Assembly (NCBI RefSeq): GCF_964204645.1
Contig: NC_134030.1
Coordinates: 20,854,210 to 20,918,209 of the forward strand
Origin: Tubulanus polymorphus
Taxonomy: Eukaryota; Animalia; Nemertea
Direction: 5' to 3'
DNA length: 64,000 nucleotides
Below, one piece after another: positions 1 to 11,264 of this stretch. Each line of letters begins with the position of its first letter. Position 1 is the first letter of the stretch. Under the pieces are notes generated by a model, which had not been told where the DNA came from, did no database searches, and saw nothing but the letters and a program-made list of their open reading frames with translations. The position numbers and the translations under genes were made by a program.

Positions 1-1012
1 AATTGATTTGAACCCTTATCCGTGGACTGGTTCACGCTATTTGCCAAACATTCATTCATATCACAAAATGATTGTAATTGCTATTGATACATGTAATGAT
101 GATGATTAAATAATGATAATTTATTGAAGCCTAAAATGCATTGATAGAATGCTCTAAATGGCTTTACAAAAAAATGCTCGCGAATATCACCTAAGTTTTT
201 GGTAATTTGTGAATTTTCCTTTTATCCTAAAATCTCCTTTTGAAACCTATTGAATTAATAATAATTTCGGATATTGTCCGAATGGATTTGATTTCTTGTG
301 TATATTTTTTGTTTTTCGATTTTGATTGCTTTGAACTCGCTCTGTATTTATCGCATACTTCGTTGTTCGTGTGTGAAATTAATGAAAATTGCTGTTCGTA
401 AAGAATTTACGGAACTTTGGGCAGGTTTCGATTCCAGAAATTCTCCAGAATAGAGGCGCTCTACCTATTCCGGAAAAGCATCTGTGAACCTGATAGAAGC
501 GGCCGTTAGAGAGTTTTTTAGCCGGAATTTCTTCTAGTAAACCATTCAATCTATGTACAATCGAAATTTGCCTTACAGCCGAGAGGGGCGGGAATAATTT
601 CCTAAACCAAGCAAAACAAACTGGGGCTGCAAAAGTCGCGCAAAAGTTGGTTAAAGACAACTGACGGATTGATATCCGAGTAACGACGAACTTTTAATAG
701 TCACTATGTCAACTATCCACTGGTTAACTCTCACCAACTTTTCAGCGACTGCAGCCCCTAGCGTAATTTTAAACCCGAAAAAATTTCAAATTCTGTTTCT
801 GTTTTTATATGTATACTTTAATGGCAAGATGCACGATTTATAGCTTTAGTTCATTGGTTCTAGGCGGCAGATACAGCATGTAATTCAATTCTTGATTGTG
901 TAGATAAAATTCTCCATTTGTGTAAGTTATAAAGGCAGCGTTCATTAAGTACATAATAGGCAGAGAATCAAGCACGTTTCGGACATGTCAGCATAGCGTG
1001 CATGGTTGTATC

Positions 1013-1233
1013 TGTACTATAACCGATCCCATTTCAAAATCAAGCTTAATACAAACGCGTGCGCTTAAAAGTCTGAGGGTGTTAAATTCATCAAACGACA
1101 TCGCTTAAAATATAAATGCTTTTAATGCCAGTGTACGGTGACTGATCCTATTTCAAACTCATTAATATCAAGGTTAACGCAAACGCGCGCACAAGGAAGT
1201 CCATAGGTGTTAATTTCTTCAATCGGCATCCTT
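1013..1233. repeat. Diverged 2-copy tandem duplication (~120-130 bp period)
   Basis: tgtac...gatcc.atttcaaa...caaacgcg.gc...ggtgttaa.tt..tcaa.cg.catc occurs at ~1013 and ~1133. Confidence 0.7.
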
Positions 1234-1447
1234 TGCACTGCTATGACGTGTTCTGTATAAATGCTCTTCATCTTCTTGAATTCTTCATTCCACATAGATA
1301 GTTATATGGGGATGTAATGAATTGCCATCAACAGAAGTTTGTATTGACTTCATCAACCTGCAGCATCATGCGGCAGGCATAAATAGAAATGATAAGTAAA
1401 TCGGAATATTCGGTCCGTACTTTTCCCTAAAGACTCACTGCTACGTA

Positions 1448-1720
1448 CAAGCCATGTTAGACATGAATCTGTTGATGTCCTACTCAACAATTGTCTTGAT
1501 ATTATCCGAGTTTTCAGCGTCTTTCCACAAAACCCTCTTGTTATTCACCTTAATTATTATTATTCTTAAATCGCTCCTTCAAGCCCCACTGTTTTGTGCA
1601 AGCCATGTTAGACATGAATCTGTTGATGTCCGATTCAACAATTGTCTTAATACATTGTCGTCAGCTCCTTCCCCCAAAACCCCCTTTGTTTTTCTCTTTG
1701 ATTATTATTATTCTTAAATA
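1448..1720. repeat. 2-copy tandem duplication, 151-bp period
   Basis: caagccatgttagacatgaatctgttgatgtcc at 1448 and 1599; both copies end in attattattattcttaaat. Confidence 0.9.
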
Positions 1721-3468
1721 TTCCGAAATAAGAGAACAAAATTATCTGATAAAAGAAATGAACATGGTAAAAAAAAGTAACCAGATAAAATGAACATGAC
1801 AGCATCGTACACTGACACATTGAGAGCAACAACATAAGAAGGCATTATGGTGTAACAAACATAATTTGGGTCCAAATTTTTAATGGCAATTTGATTTATT
1901 TTCTATATGGATACAACGAACTATCAGTTATTGCGAACAGATCTTCTTGTACGTACATATCATAATCTTGGTTTTCTTGACTCGCCTGGCTAACGGCTTG
2001 CGTAGACGTGTTTTTAATGAACGCTCCTTTATTAACTGATACTGGAACCTCCTAGAAGACCCTGTTCCGTATGAACCATCAGCTGTTCTCCTGGGTCCTT
2101 GGAATTTTACTTAGGCTCTCAAGATGTAATTTTTGAAAAGAAAATTTTTTAAAAAGCGTACAAATACTTGGCTTGGCTTGGTAAGACGTGGTTAGTATCC
2201 CGAATTAGGTATATGGAGAACGATTATGTATTATGCCAATATTAATACACAGACTGTCGTCTTTGAGAAGAGAAGTGTCAATTTTGCTTTATAACTGTGC
2301 TTGGCTCTTTGCCTTAAGTCTTAACACTATGAACCCTGTCCTCGGTGAAAATATATGTGAACTGAATTTGTTGGAAATAAATTATTTGAATGATTGAGAT
2401 TTTTTGTTGTTTGAAGTTGGTACTTTTCATCGCTTCCAACCCGAGACACCGTCCAGACTGCGCACTGAATCGGTATCCAATAGACCGGGTTCGAATCTGG
2501 GACACCCCCTGTTTATCCTGTATTCGTCATCTCTTGGTGCCGCTACTGCTGGTAGTTAGTCTAGTTCGTTTCGCAGGTCGAAACTTCTCGTTAAAATCAT
2601 CACGTTCGTCGCCTTGTTGCTGCTCACCGTGGCGTTGTCGACCATCACGCCTCTTCTACCGCCAATGCTGGTTCACGTCGCCAACCATCAAAATCAACCA
2701 ACGTTTATGAATAACTGGGTCTTAAGATAAGAAATCGCAAAGATGGCTGCCTCTAAATCTTCCAGCTAGGTAGACATTTGGAATTTGTCGGGCCATGTAC
2801 CTAACGTTTGTAGGCCCAAAGTACAAATAACGTAGGGGTCAGTGACTGAATCATTTTTTCTATTCCACTGGTATTTTCTAAAGGCAAAATTGGCTTACGC
2901 ATATTTTCATCATGTTGTTTGCTATTTCGCCACCTGTCTCATTTGGGATTCAAATTACTGGAAAGTGGACGATATGAAAACCTGAACAAACATTCGTTGT
3001 CAGGAGGGATATGATCAATATGATAAACCATTTTACAGTTGCTAGCCGCAATTTTGTTAGAGTACTTTAGTCCTGTATTGTTGGGTCATTTTTTTCTCTT
3101 TTCTAAAAGATATCTGTGATGCGTGTTTTATCATATTTCATCTGTCCCTGGATGGATTTCGACAGGTTTAGCAACAATCAAACCGCGTGAATCTCTTGGT
3201 TTCAGATCCTCCAAAAGTGACACCAACATTTCTATTCGTTCTGATCTCGCTATATTGTTCTCTTCTTGCTTCTAACCATTCTCCCAATTTCTTCACTTCT
3301 TTGAGATCACATGTCTGCGTTTAAAAAAGTTGCTAAAAGCATCCGCCTCTCTTGTCACTTTTGGTGGGTAGACAAGGGTGAGAAACAAGTTATCATCTTA
3401 TAGCCTGAGTTGTGATTTTGATTAGTTCGCAATACGGTCAATATCGTGTGGTTAACGCGAAACCAGTT

Positions 3469-3585
3469 AGGCTAAAAAAATTGCTACCTTGTTTCTCCGC
3501 TCTGCTGAGCTTAAATGTTGACCCGGCCGGCCGCCTATCTACCCTATACGCTGCGGAGAAACAAGGTATCATTTTTGTTTAGCCT
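3469..3585. mobile_element. Short MITE-like element with ~33-bp terminal inverted repeats; a third arm at ~3380-3406
   Basis: aggctaaaaaaattgctaccttgtttctccgc is nearly the reverse complement of gcggagaaacaaggtatcatttttgtttagcct; TSD unclear. Confidence 0.65.
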
Positions 3586-4028
3586 TATTTACAAATAAAA
3601 AAGATTTGACTATCATGTTTAAAAATTGATTCAGTTCTAATTAATAAAGATACATGCATTAAGTTTTAGTCATATTTCTTCTATGCGATAAAACCACCGG
3701 TACGATTAGTAGGTGTATTCTGTTATTTTACCATCATGGAACATAAAAAAATGGGAGTTATTCTAAAGCTCTCCTTCCTCACAAACGAACATTGCTTCTC
3801 ATCTCCGAGTACGCGAAAATTGGGAGACTTTTCTGCCAGCGCTGGTAACACCTATAGGTTGACGATAGCGCGGATACAACTGCTGACATCCACAAAATAC
3901 TAAAGTTGCTCAGGGATAATGGATGCATTAGGGACGTCACTAATGCCCTGTTCGCTATTAGGAACCGAACCTCTGATTTATCGACATCATTCATTAATGG
4001 ACTAGATTTCAATGCAGTGTAAAGAACG

Positions 4029-4273
4029 CAGGGGCGGATCCAAGCTATATTCCACTGTATTCCAGAATATAGTCAGAAAATGTGAATAACATATCTTCTA
4101 GAAGTAGCTAATCTAACAGGTCCAGAATAAGCTTACGTGGAACAAGAAAAAAGAGTCTTCTCAAATTTTTCTTGGGGTGGAACCTCAAACCCCCTTTAAT
4201 GAGCTTTGCCGCCGACATATCACTGAGCAATGATTTTCAGAGAAGTCAAATTCACAGGCTGGATCTGCCCCTT
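4029..4273. mobile_element. MITE-like element with AGGGGCGGATCCA-type terminal inverted repeats
   Basis: caggggcggatcca at 4029 versus tggatctgcccct ending at 4272; no clean TSD. Confidence 0.6.
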
Positions 4274-4417
4274 GAACAACACATGAACATCGAAATAAGA
4301 ACTCATGAGCGACAGCGGCTATTGTTAATAAAAATAATTCACTAGACCTGACTGGTCACCATAGCTATTTGGTCACCACACTGAGCAATCTACCAACTTT
4401 CACCGTTCACCACAACT

Positions 4418-4575
4418 AGCAGTTGGCCTAATGCTAGTGTGCACGTCTGCTGCGCTTGAGGTCGAAGGTTCGAATCCCGCCTGGGTTGTTTTTGGAAATG
4501 CTGTTCGGCGCGTCAGAATGAGGAGTAAAGTTAAAGTCCCTCGCACGATATAATTTTTCGTGCAATATCAACTAA
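4418..4575 (+). mobile_element. tRNA-derived SINE-like element
   Basis: Pol III A-box-like TGGCCTAATGC (~4424) and B-box GGTTCGAATCCC (4467-4478) at tRNA spacing; no intact cloverleaf; 3' boundary approximate. Confidence 0.6.
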
Positions 4576-4664
4576 ATATTTCTTTTCAGTATAGACACAA
4601 AACTATAAATATTAATCATACGATGAATCAAAAGATGATTTTATTACTCTCCGATATCATTTTT

Positions 4665-7600
4665 TCAAACCCGTTTATTTCTGGCCCGAATTGATTTGAT
4701 ATCAATAGTGAGGATGGTGTAAAGAAGTGGATTCAGTGACGAGTTGATCGGTAGGAAAAGTACCGCCAACCAAGCCGCCACTTGGTTCGGTATTTCTACT
4801 CGGAATACAGCGCAAAACTGAACGATAATTATCGGTAACCAGCAAAATAAATTACACAGATTTATCACTAAACTCCTACGTGCCAGAACCAATTCGGTAG
4901 GATCAGCTCTACCCGAGCCGGACCTGCTTCCAGATACGAGTCTATACATCTGTGCATACGTCATCATTATTGTAACAAGTACGACCGAGTTAAACGCGGC
5001 ATAAATTGAGAATGAATATTGCCAGGCGTGGACATTGATGGATAGTAAATTCATAGGTAAACAAACACCAGTTGTGCCGTAAAAATTATTTCCGAAATAA
5101 TAAGATGGCGAAAGTGGTAGCATTGAAATGATGCTTAAAGTGATCCAACATATACAACAAATACTGGACACAGAAATCGTAGATGTAATTGGGTTTCGAG
5201 AAAATGGATCGACGATATTTGAGTATCTCTGACGGGTTAGAATGAGGAGAAAAATCAAGGATCCTTCGCACGAAAGCGTCACTATAATCCCAGCGAGTCG
5301 ACACAATGAACTACCCGTCCAACTTTCAGAATATAGAAAATAAACTCCTTTATAGACGTAATCGGCTCCTGCGATCAGAAACAGATAAATCGACATCAGA
5401 AAATCGCAAGTGGCAATATTAATGATGAGGATATCAGAGGATGTGTTACGTGATTCAGAGGATGAAATGCGTAACGCTTGAACGCGAAGTAAAATTACGA
5501 TGATGTTCGCAAAAAAGCTGAATGAAGCGATCGCCCAAATGATTGCTCTAAGAACAGTGTTACCCATCAGGTCGGAACAAGATGAAAATTGGTCGGCTTC
5601 CGGGAGACACTGGTCAACACTCGAAACCATGCAACAAAATTTGTACGCGTCAGAAGCCAAAGAACTCAATAATGTAACACTGTCAAAAACGTTTCTTTGT
5701 ACGGATATGACTTTTGAATTTTTGGTTAGATCCATAATTCTTAGCTTTGTTAATCCGGCAAATGCGTGTGTTGAAATATGTCTGATTTTGTTATTGCTGA
5801 TATTTAGAGACTCTAAAGCGGATAAACCACTGAACACATTTCCACTGAGTAACGACAAGGAAAGTCCGTGAAGATCGAGATCGCTTAGTGAATTTAAACC
5901 TTGAAAACTGCCTTCTTCCAAATTTGTTAAAGGATTTCCAAAAATGATGAGAATTTCCAAACTAGACAAACCGGTGAATGTATTCGCGGACAATGATATT
6001 AAGCGGTTATATGTAAGATCTAATGTATGTAGATTATGCAGGTTTGAGAACGAGTTTGGAACAATATAAGATAAATTGTTACGTGAAATATTGAGGAGAT
6101 GTAGATAGAGGTAAGAAGAAAACGTGGACTCATTGAATACAAGTCGATTATCTGATAATATCAGAACACGAGTTGATGCCGAGAAAAGATCATTAATTTC
6201 TACTAAACCAGCATCATCGCAATAAATGAAATGACCTTGACATTTACAATATTTTGGACACGAAACGTCACAGTAGGACTCGTCATCAGTGGTATGTTTA
6301 CAATTTACAACACCATCGCAAACTTCAGATTGAGGTATACATCGGTTTTCCTGGCCACATTTGAACATGCCGGGACATGATAAAGTCTCGCAGTTTCGCT
6401 CGTCTTCTGAATTAGGACAATCTGATCGACCATCGCACACCTGTCCCATCGGTATACAGTAAGATGCTGGACATTTCACAGTACCAGCAGGACATATGAA
6501 ATCAGTACAACCTTGTATATGTTCGAGCCTTCTACATACCGGGTAACCAATCGACATCCTTTCTAAAATACATCTATGACGTCTAGAATAACAATGAGGA
6601 GAATCGAAAGAACATCTTTGTTCATCAGATTCTGTACAAAGATTTGTAAAGTTAGTCGTACAGTAGTTATCATTATTACAGTGAACAGTAGGATTCACTG
6701 TAACATTCGATGTTAAAAGTTCATCTTCTTCGAGGCTTCCGCTACAATCTACAACACCATCTCGATACAATAGAGAACTGATACATTCACCGTTGTTACA
6801 CAGAAACCCGTTGCAAAGTTGCGGAGCACATCCCCACTCATCGGAGCCGTCCTTACAGCTAACGATTCCATCACATCGGTACGATCTATCCACACATTGT
6901 CCACTAGTACAACGGTATTTTTGGTGCAAACACAGTGGATGAAAACACAAGTTTTCATCCGAGCCATCGACACAATCCGGTTCAAAGTCGCAGATACCAC
7001 TTATAGATGTAACCCGTCCATCCGAACAGTGGAACTGACTTAGTAAGTTTAAACCCGAACAATCGAGTTCATCTTCACCGTGTTGACAGTCGTTTCTGGT
7101 ATCACATACGCGATGGTCACTGATACATCTTTGATCGTTACATTTAAATTGCCACGATTTACAACCGCTTATAGAAGCCAACTCTTCATCAGTTACATTA
7201 TAGGAACATAGCACGGAATGAACGTTGTTCGTCTGATTATTCCACGGTTTTATCGACCATTTTAATGACTCGATAAAAGTGATTTCATCCCTTGTCAAAA
7301 CTGGTTCGATCACTTTAAACATTTTCCTAGCATCCATAGTCAGTATAGCGCCATATTGATGTTTAAAACAAAAAGCGTCCATTAATGCTTTTATTTCATT
7401 TTCCACATGGAAAGTTACAATACCTATTTCAGCGTGAAGGTCACGACACATTTTCGTAGCGCTTCGAATATCCAAACTTCGATTGTTGTTCCAATCTGTG
7501 AGAATTTGACAACATTTGCCGTCCACATTTTGCCAGCCTCTTTTACAGGTCGAGTTGTTGGATGTATTGGGATTTCGAGCACTTTCATATCCAGTTAGAA

Positions 7601-7952
7601 ATGCGATATCGTTATGAGTATCAGTTATTTCTATGATACTCGTTGTATTTTGATTTCTTATTGTCGAATTATCCATGCGCTCTGAATCGACGTGAATTCT
7701 ATCCGATTCGCAAATAAAAGTTGTTCGAGTCTCCTCGATTTGACACGGGAATCGAACCCAGTTCGCTGATCCTCGTGGATTATTCAGTATCATCGCCGTA
7801 CACGGCATATTGACGTCATTTATCGGCTGTTTTCGTAGAGGAGATATCAACCCTTGAATAACTTCTGGTATGGTTTCGTTTATCATAGCAGGTTTAAACC
7901 ACTCTGCGTAGCTCAATGGTTTCCCATCAGTCCATGAGTGATACCCATCATT
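4665..7952 (-). CDS. Copy 1 exon 3: CTL C-half, CTL-like domain, LDLa repeats, LRRs, 7TM
   Basis: ORF 4665..8015 trimmed to the CAG acceptor; CxxxxFxC...CDGxxDCxDGSDE modules, LxxLxLxxN repeats, NPLLY. Confidence 0.93.
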   Translation of the reverse strand, partial: NDGYHSWTDGKPLSYAEWFKPAMINETIPEVIQGLISPLRKQPINDVNMPCTAMILNNPRGSANWVRFPCQIEETRTTFICESDRIHVDSERMDNSTIRNQNTTSIIEITDTHNDIAFLTGYESARNPNTSNNSTCKRGWQNVDGKCCQILTDWNNNRSLDIRSATKMCRDLHAEIGIVTFHVENEIKALMDAFCFKHQYGAILTMDARKMFKVIEPVLTRDEITFIESLKWSIKPWNNQTNNVHSVLCSYNVTDEELASISGCKSWQFKCNDQRCISDHRVCDTRNDCQHGEDELDCSGLNLLSQFHCSDGRVTSISGICDFEPDCVDGSDENLCFHPLCLHQKYRCTSGQCVDRSYRCDGIVSCKDGSDEWGCAPQLCNGFLCNNGECISSLLYRDGVVDCSGSLEEDELLTSNVTVNPTVHCNNDNYCTTNFTNLCTESDEQRCSFDSPHCYSRRHRCILERMSIGYPVCRRLEHIQGCTDFICPAGTVKCPASYCIPMGQVCDGRSDCPNSEDERNCETLSCPGMFKCGQENRCIPQSEVCDGVVNCKHTTDDESYCDVSCPKYCKCQGHFIYCDDAGLVEINDLFSASTRVLILSDNRLVFNESTFSSYLYLHLLNISRNNLSYIVPNSFSNLHNLHTLDLTYNRLISLSANTFTGLSSLEILIIFGNPLTNLEEGSFQGLNSLSDLDLHGLSLSLLSGNVFSGLSALESLNISNNKIRHISTHAFAGLTKLRIMDLTKNSKVISVQRNVFDSVTLLSSLASDAYKFCCMVSSVDQCLPEADQFSSCSDLMGNTVLRAIIWAIASFSFFANIIVILLRVQALRISSSESRNTSSDILIINIATCDFLMSIYLFLIAGADYVYKGVYFLYSESWTGSSLCRLAGIIVTLSCEGSLIFLLILTRQRYSNIVDPFSRNPITSTISVSSICCICWITLSIISMLPLSPSYYFGNNFYGTTGVCLPMNLLSINVHAWQYSFSIYAAFNSVVLVTIMMTYAQMYRLVSGSRSGSGRADPTELVLARRSLVINLCNLFCWLPIIIVQFCAVFRVEIPNQVAAWLAVLFLPINSSLNPLLYTILTIDIKSIRARNKRV

Positions 7953-10900
7953 CTGTTTAAAATATAAATCATTTTCATTCATCGACAGTAAAAATGGTTT
8001 TACCATTATTTTCATTATTAATTAATTGAAGTTAATCCGTTCATAATTGATTTATTGAGGTTAATCAGTTCAATTTATGACATTTGACTTGTAAGTGTGT
8101 TAAGTGTCTGAATGCCAATTTGATCTTTTTCAATATTTGGCATGAAAAAAAAGAATTCGAGAATTTTCAATTTTCTCACCACTATAAAAATTATCATAAG
8201 TCCTGTATAGAAGTTATATATACATAATATTTTGATGCCATAAAAATGACACATCAATTTGGAGTCTCTTATTTCAAATTCGATGTTGATTTTCTTTTTC
8301 ATTTGTCGAGAGTGGAAGTTACCTTGTATTTTAGCCCGATCATCATTATAAGCGCCTCCTGGGTATATCCCTTTCTAAGCAGTTTCGTGGCGAATAATCT
8401 TTTGACAGAAATCATTTCATCTTGTGAGTTGATACTGAGAAGATGTCCTCCGTATTTCTGTTGACAATACATTTCAGCGTTCTCCCAATTCAGACGTTCA
8501 TCTCTGATGTATTTGACGCAGGAAATTCCCGAATCTATAAATCCTGATTTACAGCCGATTTTATCAAACTGTTTTATTGGTAACGACTTTTCTAAATTGT
8601 ATTGTATTTGAAATGTGGGAACGCGATCCTTTATCTCAAATTGCAAATCATTGTCACTTAAACTATAAAATATATTTCCACGTTTAGCATAAGTTCCACA
8701 TATTGTAATTTGATGTTGGGCTTCGCTTTTTGGAATAGCAAATCCATTATCGTAAAGGTCACGTATCTGTTGCTTGAAAAGAATTGGGTCTTTGTCCAAT
8801 GAAGATAATTTACTGCACGGTAAAGTCTGAATAAATTTGATTATAAATCTGTAATATTGAATTCGATTATTCATTATCGGGTTTTCAAAGATATAATAAG
8901 AAGACTTCGAAGTATATCCCGCCGATCCCGGATAGTTCGGTGATTGTACGATTCCACATTCATCCCTATCCGGGAAAAATGAAACACCAAATTGAGATTG
9001 TGTAGGTTTTTTCTCTCCTTGACATTTACGACGTAGTTTAACTATCAATTCATCATTCCAGAATTGATATTTGTAGAACAATTTCAAAGTGTTTAATACG
9101 AAACTGTTATTGAGAAACTGATTTGATAAACTCATTTCCATGTCACATGATCTACTAGAGTATCGCGCTGGAAAACATGCATCAATTTGATATTCATATT
9201 CTGATAAAATACAAATATTTTCTAAAGGAAGGCGCCGGTTTTCAGGTGTAATCACCAGACAGTGTGACGTCATATTAATCTGATTTTCTCCTTCCCGTAA
9301 AACATACCCGTAACAATCAGTAGGATTGAATCTGAGATACCCAGATTTAGGTACATCATTAAAAGCGTATCCTACTACAGTAACCGTTCCTCCTGATGTA
9401 ATCAGACTGACGACCCTACGACCGTACCACTGACCAGGACAATACGGACCATAGCGTCTAGCTGTAAAACTACCACCATCATATATATAAAATCCAGCTC
9501 TCTCGCACGTCTCTGATAAAACTGTTAGTTTTAATCTATCCTCATAGATATCAACTTTCCGCTTGAATTCTAATGTATTTATACGATACGATAATTTTGT
9601 CTTCTTTGACGCCGGGAGGAGTTTGCTTGGAATCAAACTTGCGCTGGAGCCAGATATCTACAAAATATGAATAACTTACGAATAAAAGAACGATTTACAT
9701 TATTCTGCGTTTACGAAACGGATTATATTTGAAAGATACATTAATGCTTTCGTCTTCGACCACGGGCCAGTACACAAGCTGGCTGTTAAACAGCTACAAA
9801 ATAGTGAAAATAAGACTTTTTCCCTTCTTCTTAAACTAAACAAAAAGCGTTAATGTTTCTTTTTTTCGCATAAGAAATTAGATATCAATTTAGACGATGA
9901 GGTTTCTTTTTAATTGTTTTTTGAGATTTATTGCAACATCTTCATTTGATGCTAAATGAAAATTGATATCTCCTATTTCAATTAAGTTTCATCTTTTTAG
10001 TGTTATCTCGATTACGTTTTGGCTCATATGGCTCATATGATATTTTACATTTAATTTAATCATGTTTACTCACCCTGGGTTTGTGGACTTGTACGTCTTC
10101 TATAGAAATAGATTTCACTTCAAATTCTATCCTTACATTCGATTGTAAAACACCTGGTCTTATTAAAACGCACAGTATGACGAGAAAGCCTTCAGATTTA
10201 ACACTCAGTGATTCCAGGTAGTTGTAACCGAGTAAAATATCAGTTCCTACAACGCGTAACCCTTCTAGTTTATATACACCGATGACGTCACCGGATGTGC
10301 TGAGATCACGTGTCCAGTTGAAGACGACGTACTGTAACACCTGCACTGTGATAGACCAGCAGTGTAAGTGTTTTGATCGAGTTATTACGTGTAAACTGTT
10401 GTCATCGGGAATGAGCACTCCAGACTCGTTATTAGAGATTTGAATTAACGGATTAGAGACGTTCCAATCAGATATTCTATATACCTTAACTGATAGTTGT
10501 GATTTAAAGGATGATGGATGTGTATCATCAATAATGGCTTTGTCAGTTTTAGTATAGAATGATGATGGTGGATGTCCGGTTTGTTCTGGTATAACAGCAA
10601 TAGGTTCACTGATGTTCCATCCGTCGTAAATTTGAACAGTTGTCACTGAATGAGCGCCAGGAGGTAATCTGAAATCTATTTGTGTAAATGTCAAATTCAT
10701 CGCACAACCATTCGGGATCCCGATCCATTCCAAGTACAATTTACATTGACTTAAGATGATTGCGAATTTGTATCCTGCCGAAGTTTGTAATTTGTTTAAC
10801 ATTAAATTGTATTCTCTGCAGTTGTGAATGAATTTCAAATGGCTTCGTTCAAAACGATATATGACATAAACCCAACTACCCCGCGCACCATCGACGTTAC

Positions 10901-11264
10901 TTCTAAACATCAACGAGATCGAATCGTTACGGCGGATTTCATGTTTTCCTTCTCCGCAGAATCTGTTATCGGACTCACCGACGAGAAGGTAGTTATCACT
11001 ACAGAACATCGACGGCTCGATGTCGTAGTATAGTTTGATGTTGAAAGTTCCCGGTAAAGAGCTGTTGACGAACCAACGACATTCAACACCGCGCGTTAAC
11101 GACGGGTAATTCGGTGAAACGATGTAACCGGACGTAGAATCGAGTGGGTACCAAGTGTTGTTACAAGACGAACTGACCGTCACAGAGTCAGACAGATCAG
11201 CGTGTGCGATGTTAACTCGCCAGACGATCAGCGACGCTATAAACAGCGCTCTCAGTCGATCCAT
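4665..11264 (-). CDS. GRL101-like LGR GPCR copy 1 (CUB-CTL-LDLa-LRR-7TM), join complement(4665..7952,8323..9657,10074..11264), ~1937 aa
   Basis: Signal peptide MDRLRALFIASLIVWRVNIAHA. Donors AGG|GTGAGT and AAG|GTAACT; acceptors ttttgtag|ATA and ttaaacag|AAT; all phase 0. Splicing rebuilds the CTL motif MIGLKYK|NDGYHSWTDG. LDLa repeats, LRRs, hinge YKFCC...SSCSDLM, and TM motifs CWLP and NPLLY. An alternative in-frame ATG exists at 11276 in this copy only. Confidence 0.9.
8323..9657 (-). CDS. Copy 1 exon 2: CUB-like modules and CTL N-half
   Basis: CGIVQSPNYPG, IYDGG...GPYC, WENAEMYCQQKYGGHLLSINS; flanked by AG/GT. Confidence 0.88.
10074..11264 (-). CDS. Copy 1 exon 1: signal peptide and CUB domains
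   Basis: SGYIVSPNYP...CRW...FCG CUB signature; GTGAGT donor. Confidence 0.88.

Noticed and set aside
379-660. 93-aa minus-strand ORF
   Set aside because: Non-ATG start, no recognisable motif or splice context.
2390-2710. 106-aa ORF with a B-box-like GGTTCGAATC (~2488) and PBS-like TGGTGCCG
   Set aside because: Low-complexity translation, no matching A box or paired LTR; insufficient support.
4418-4490. Functional tRNA gene
   Set aside because: A and B boxes are present, but no convincing acceptor or anticodon stems; treated as a SINE head.
5500-5871. Recurrent antisense or alternate-frame ORFs inside receptor exons
   Set aside because: Shadow ORFs; lengths vary between copies and there are no recognisable motifs.
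8299-9636. Treating the three ORFs as separate genes (operon-like)
   Set aside because: The middle ORF starts at TTG without a signal peptide, splice sites are conserved and in phase, and the CTL domain is complete only after splicing.
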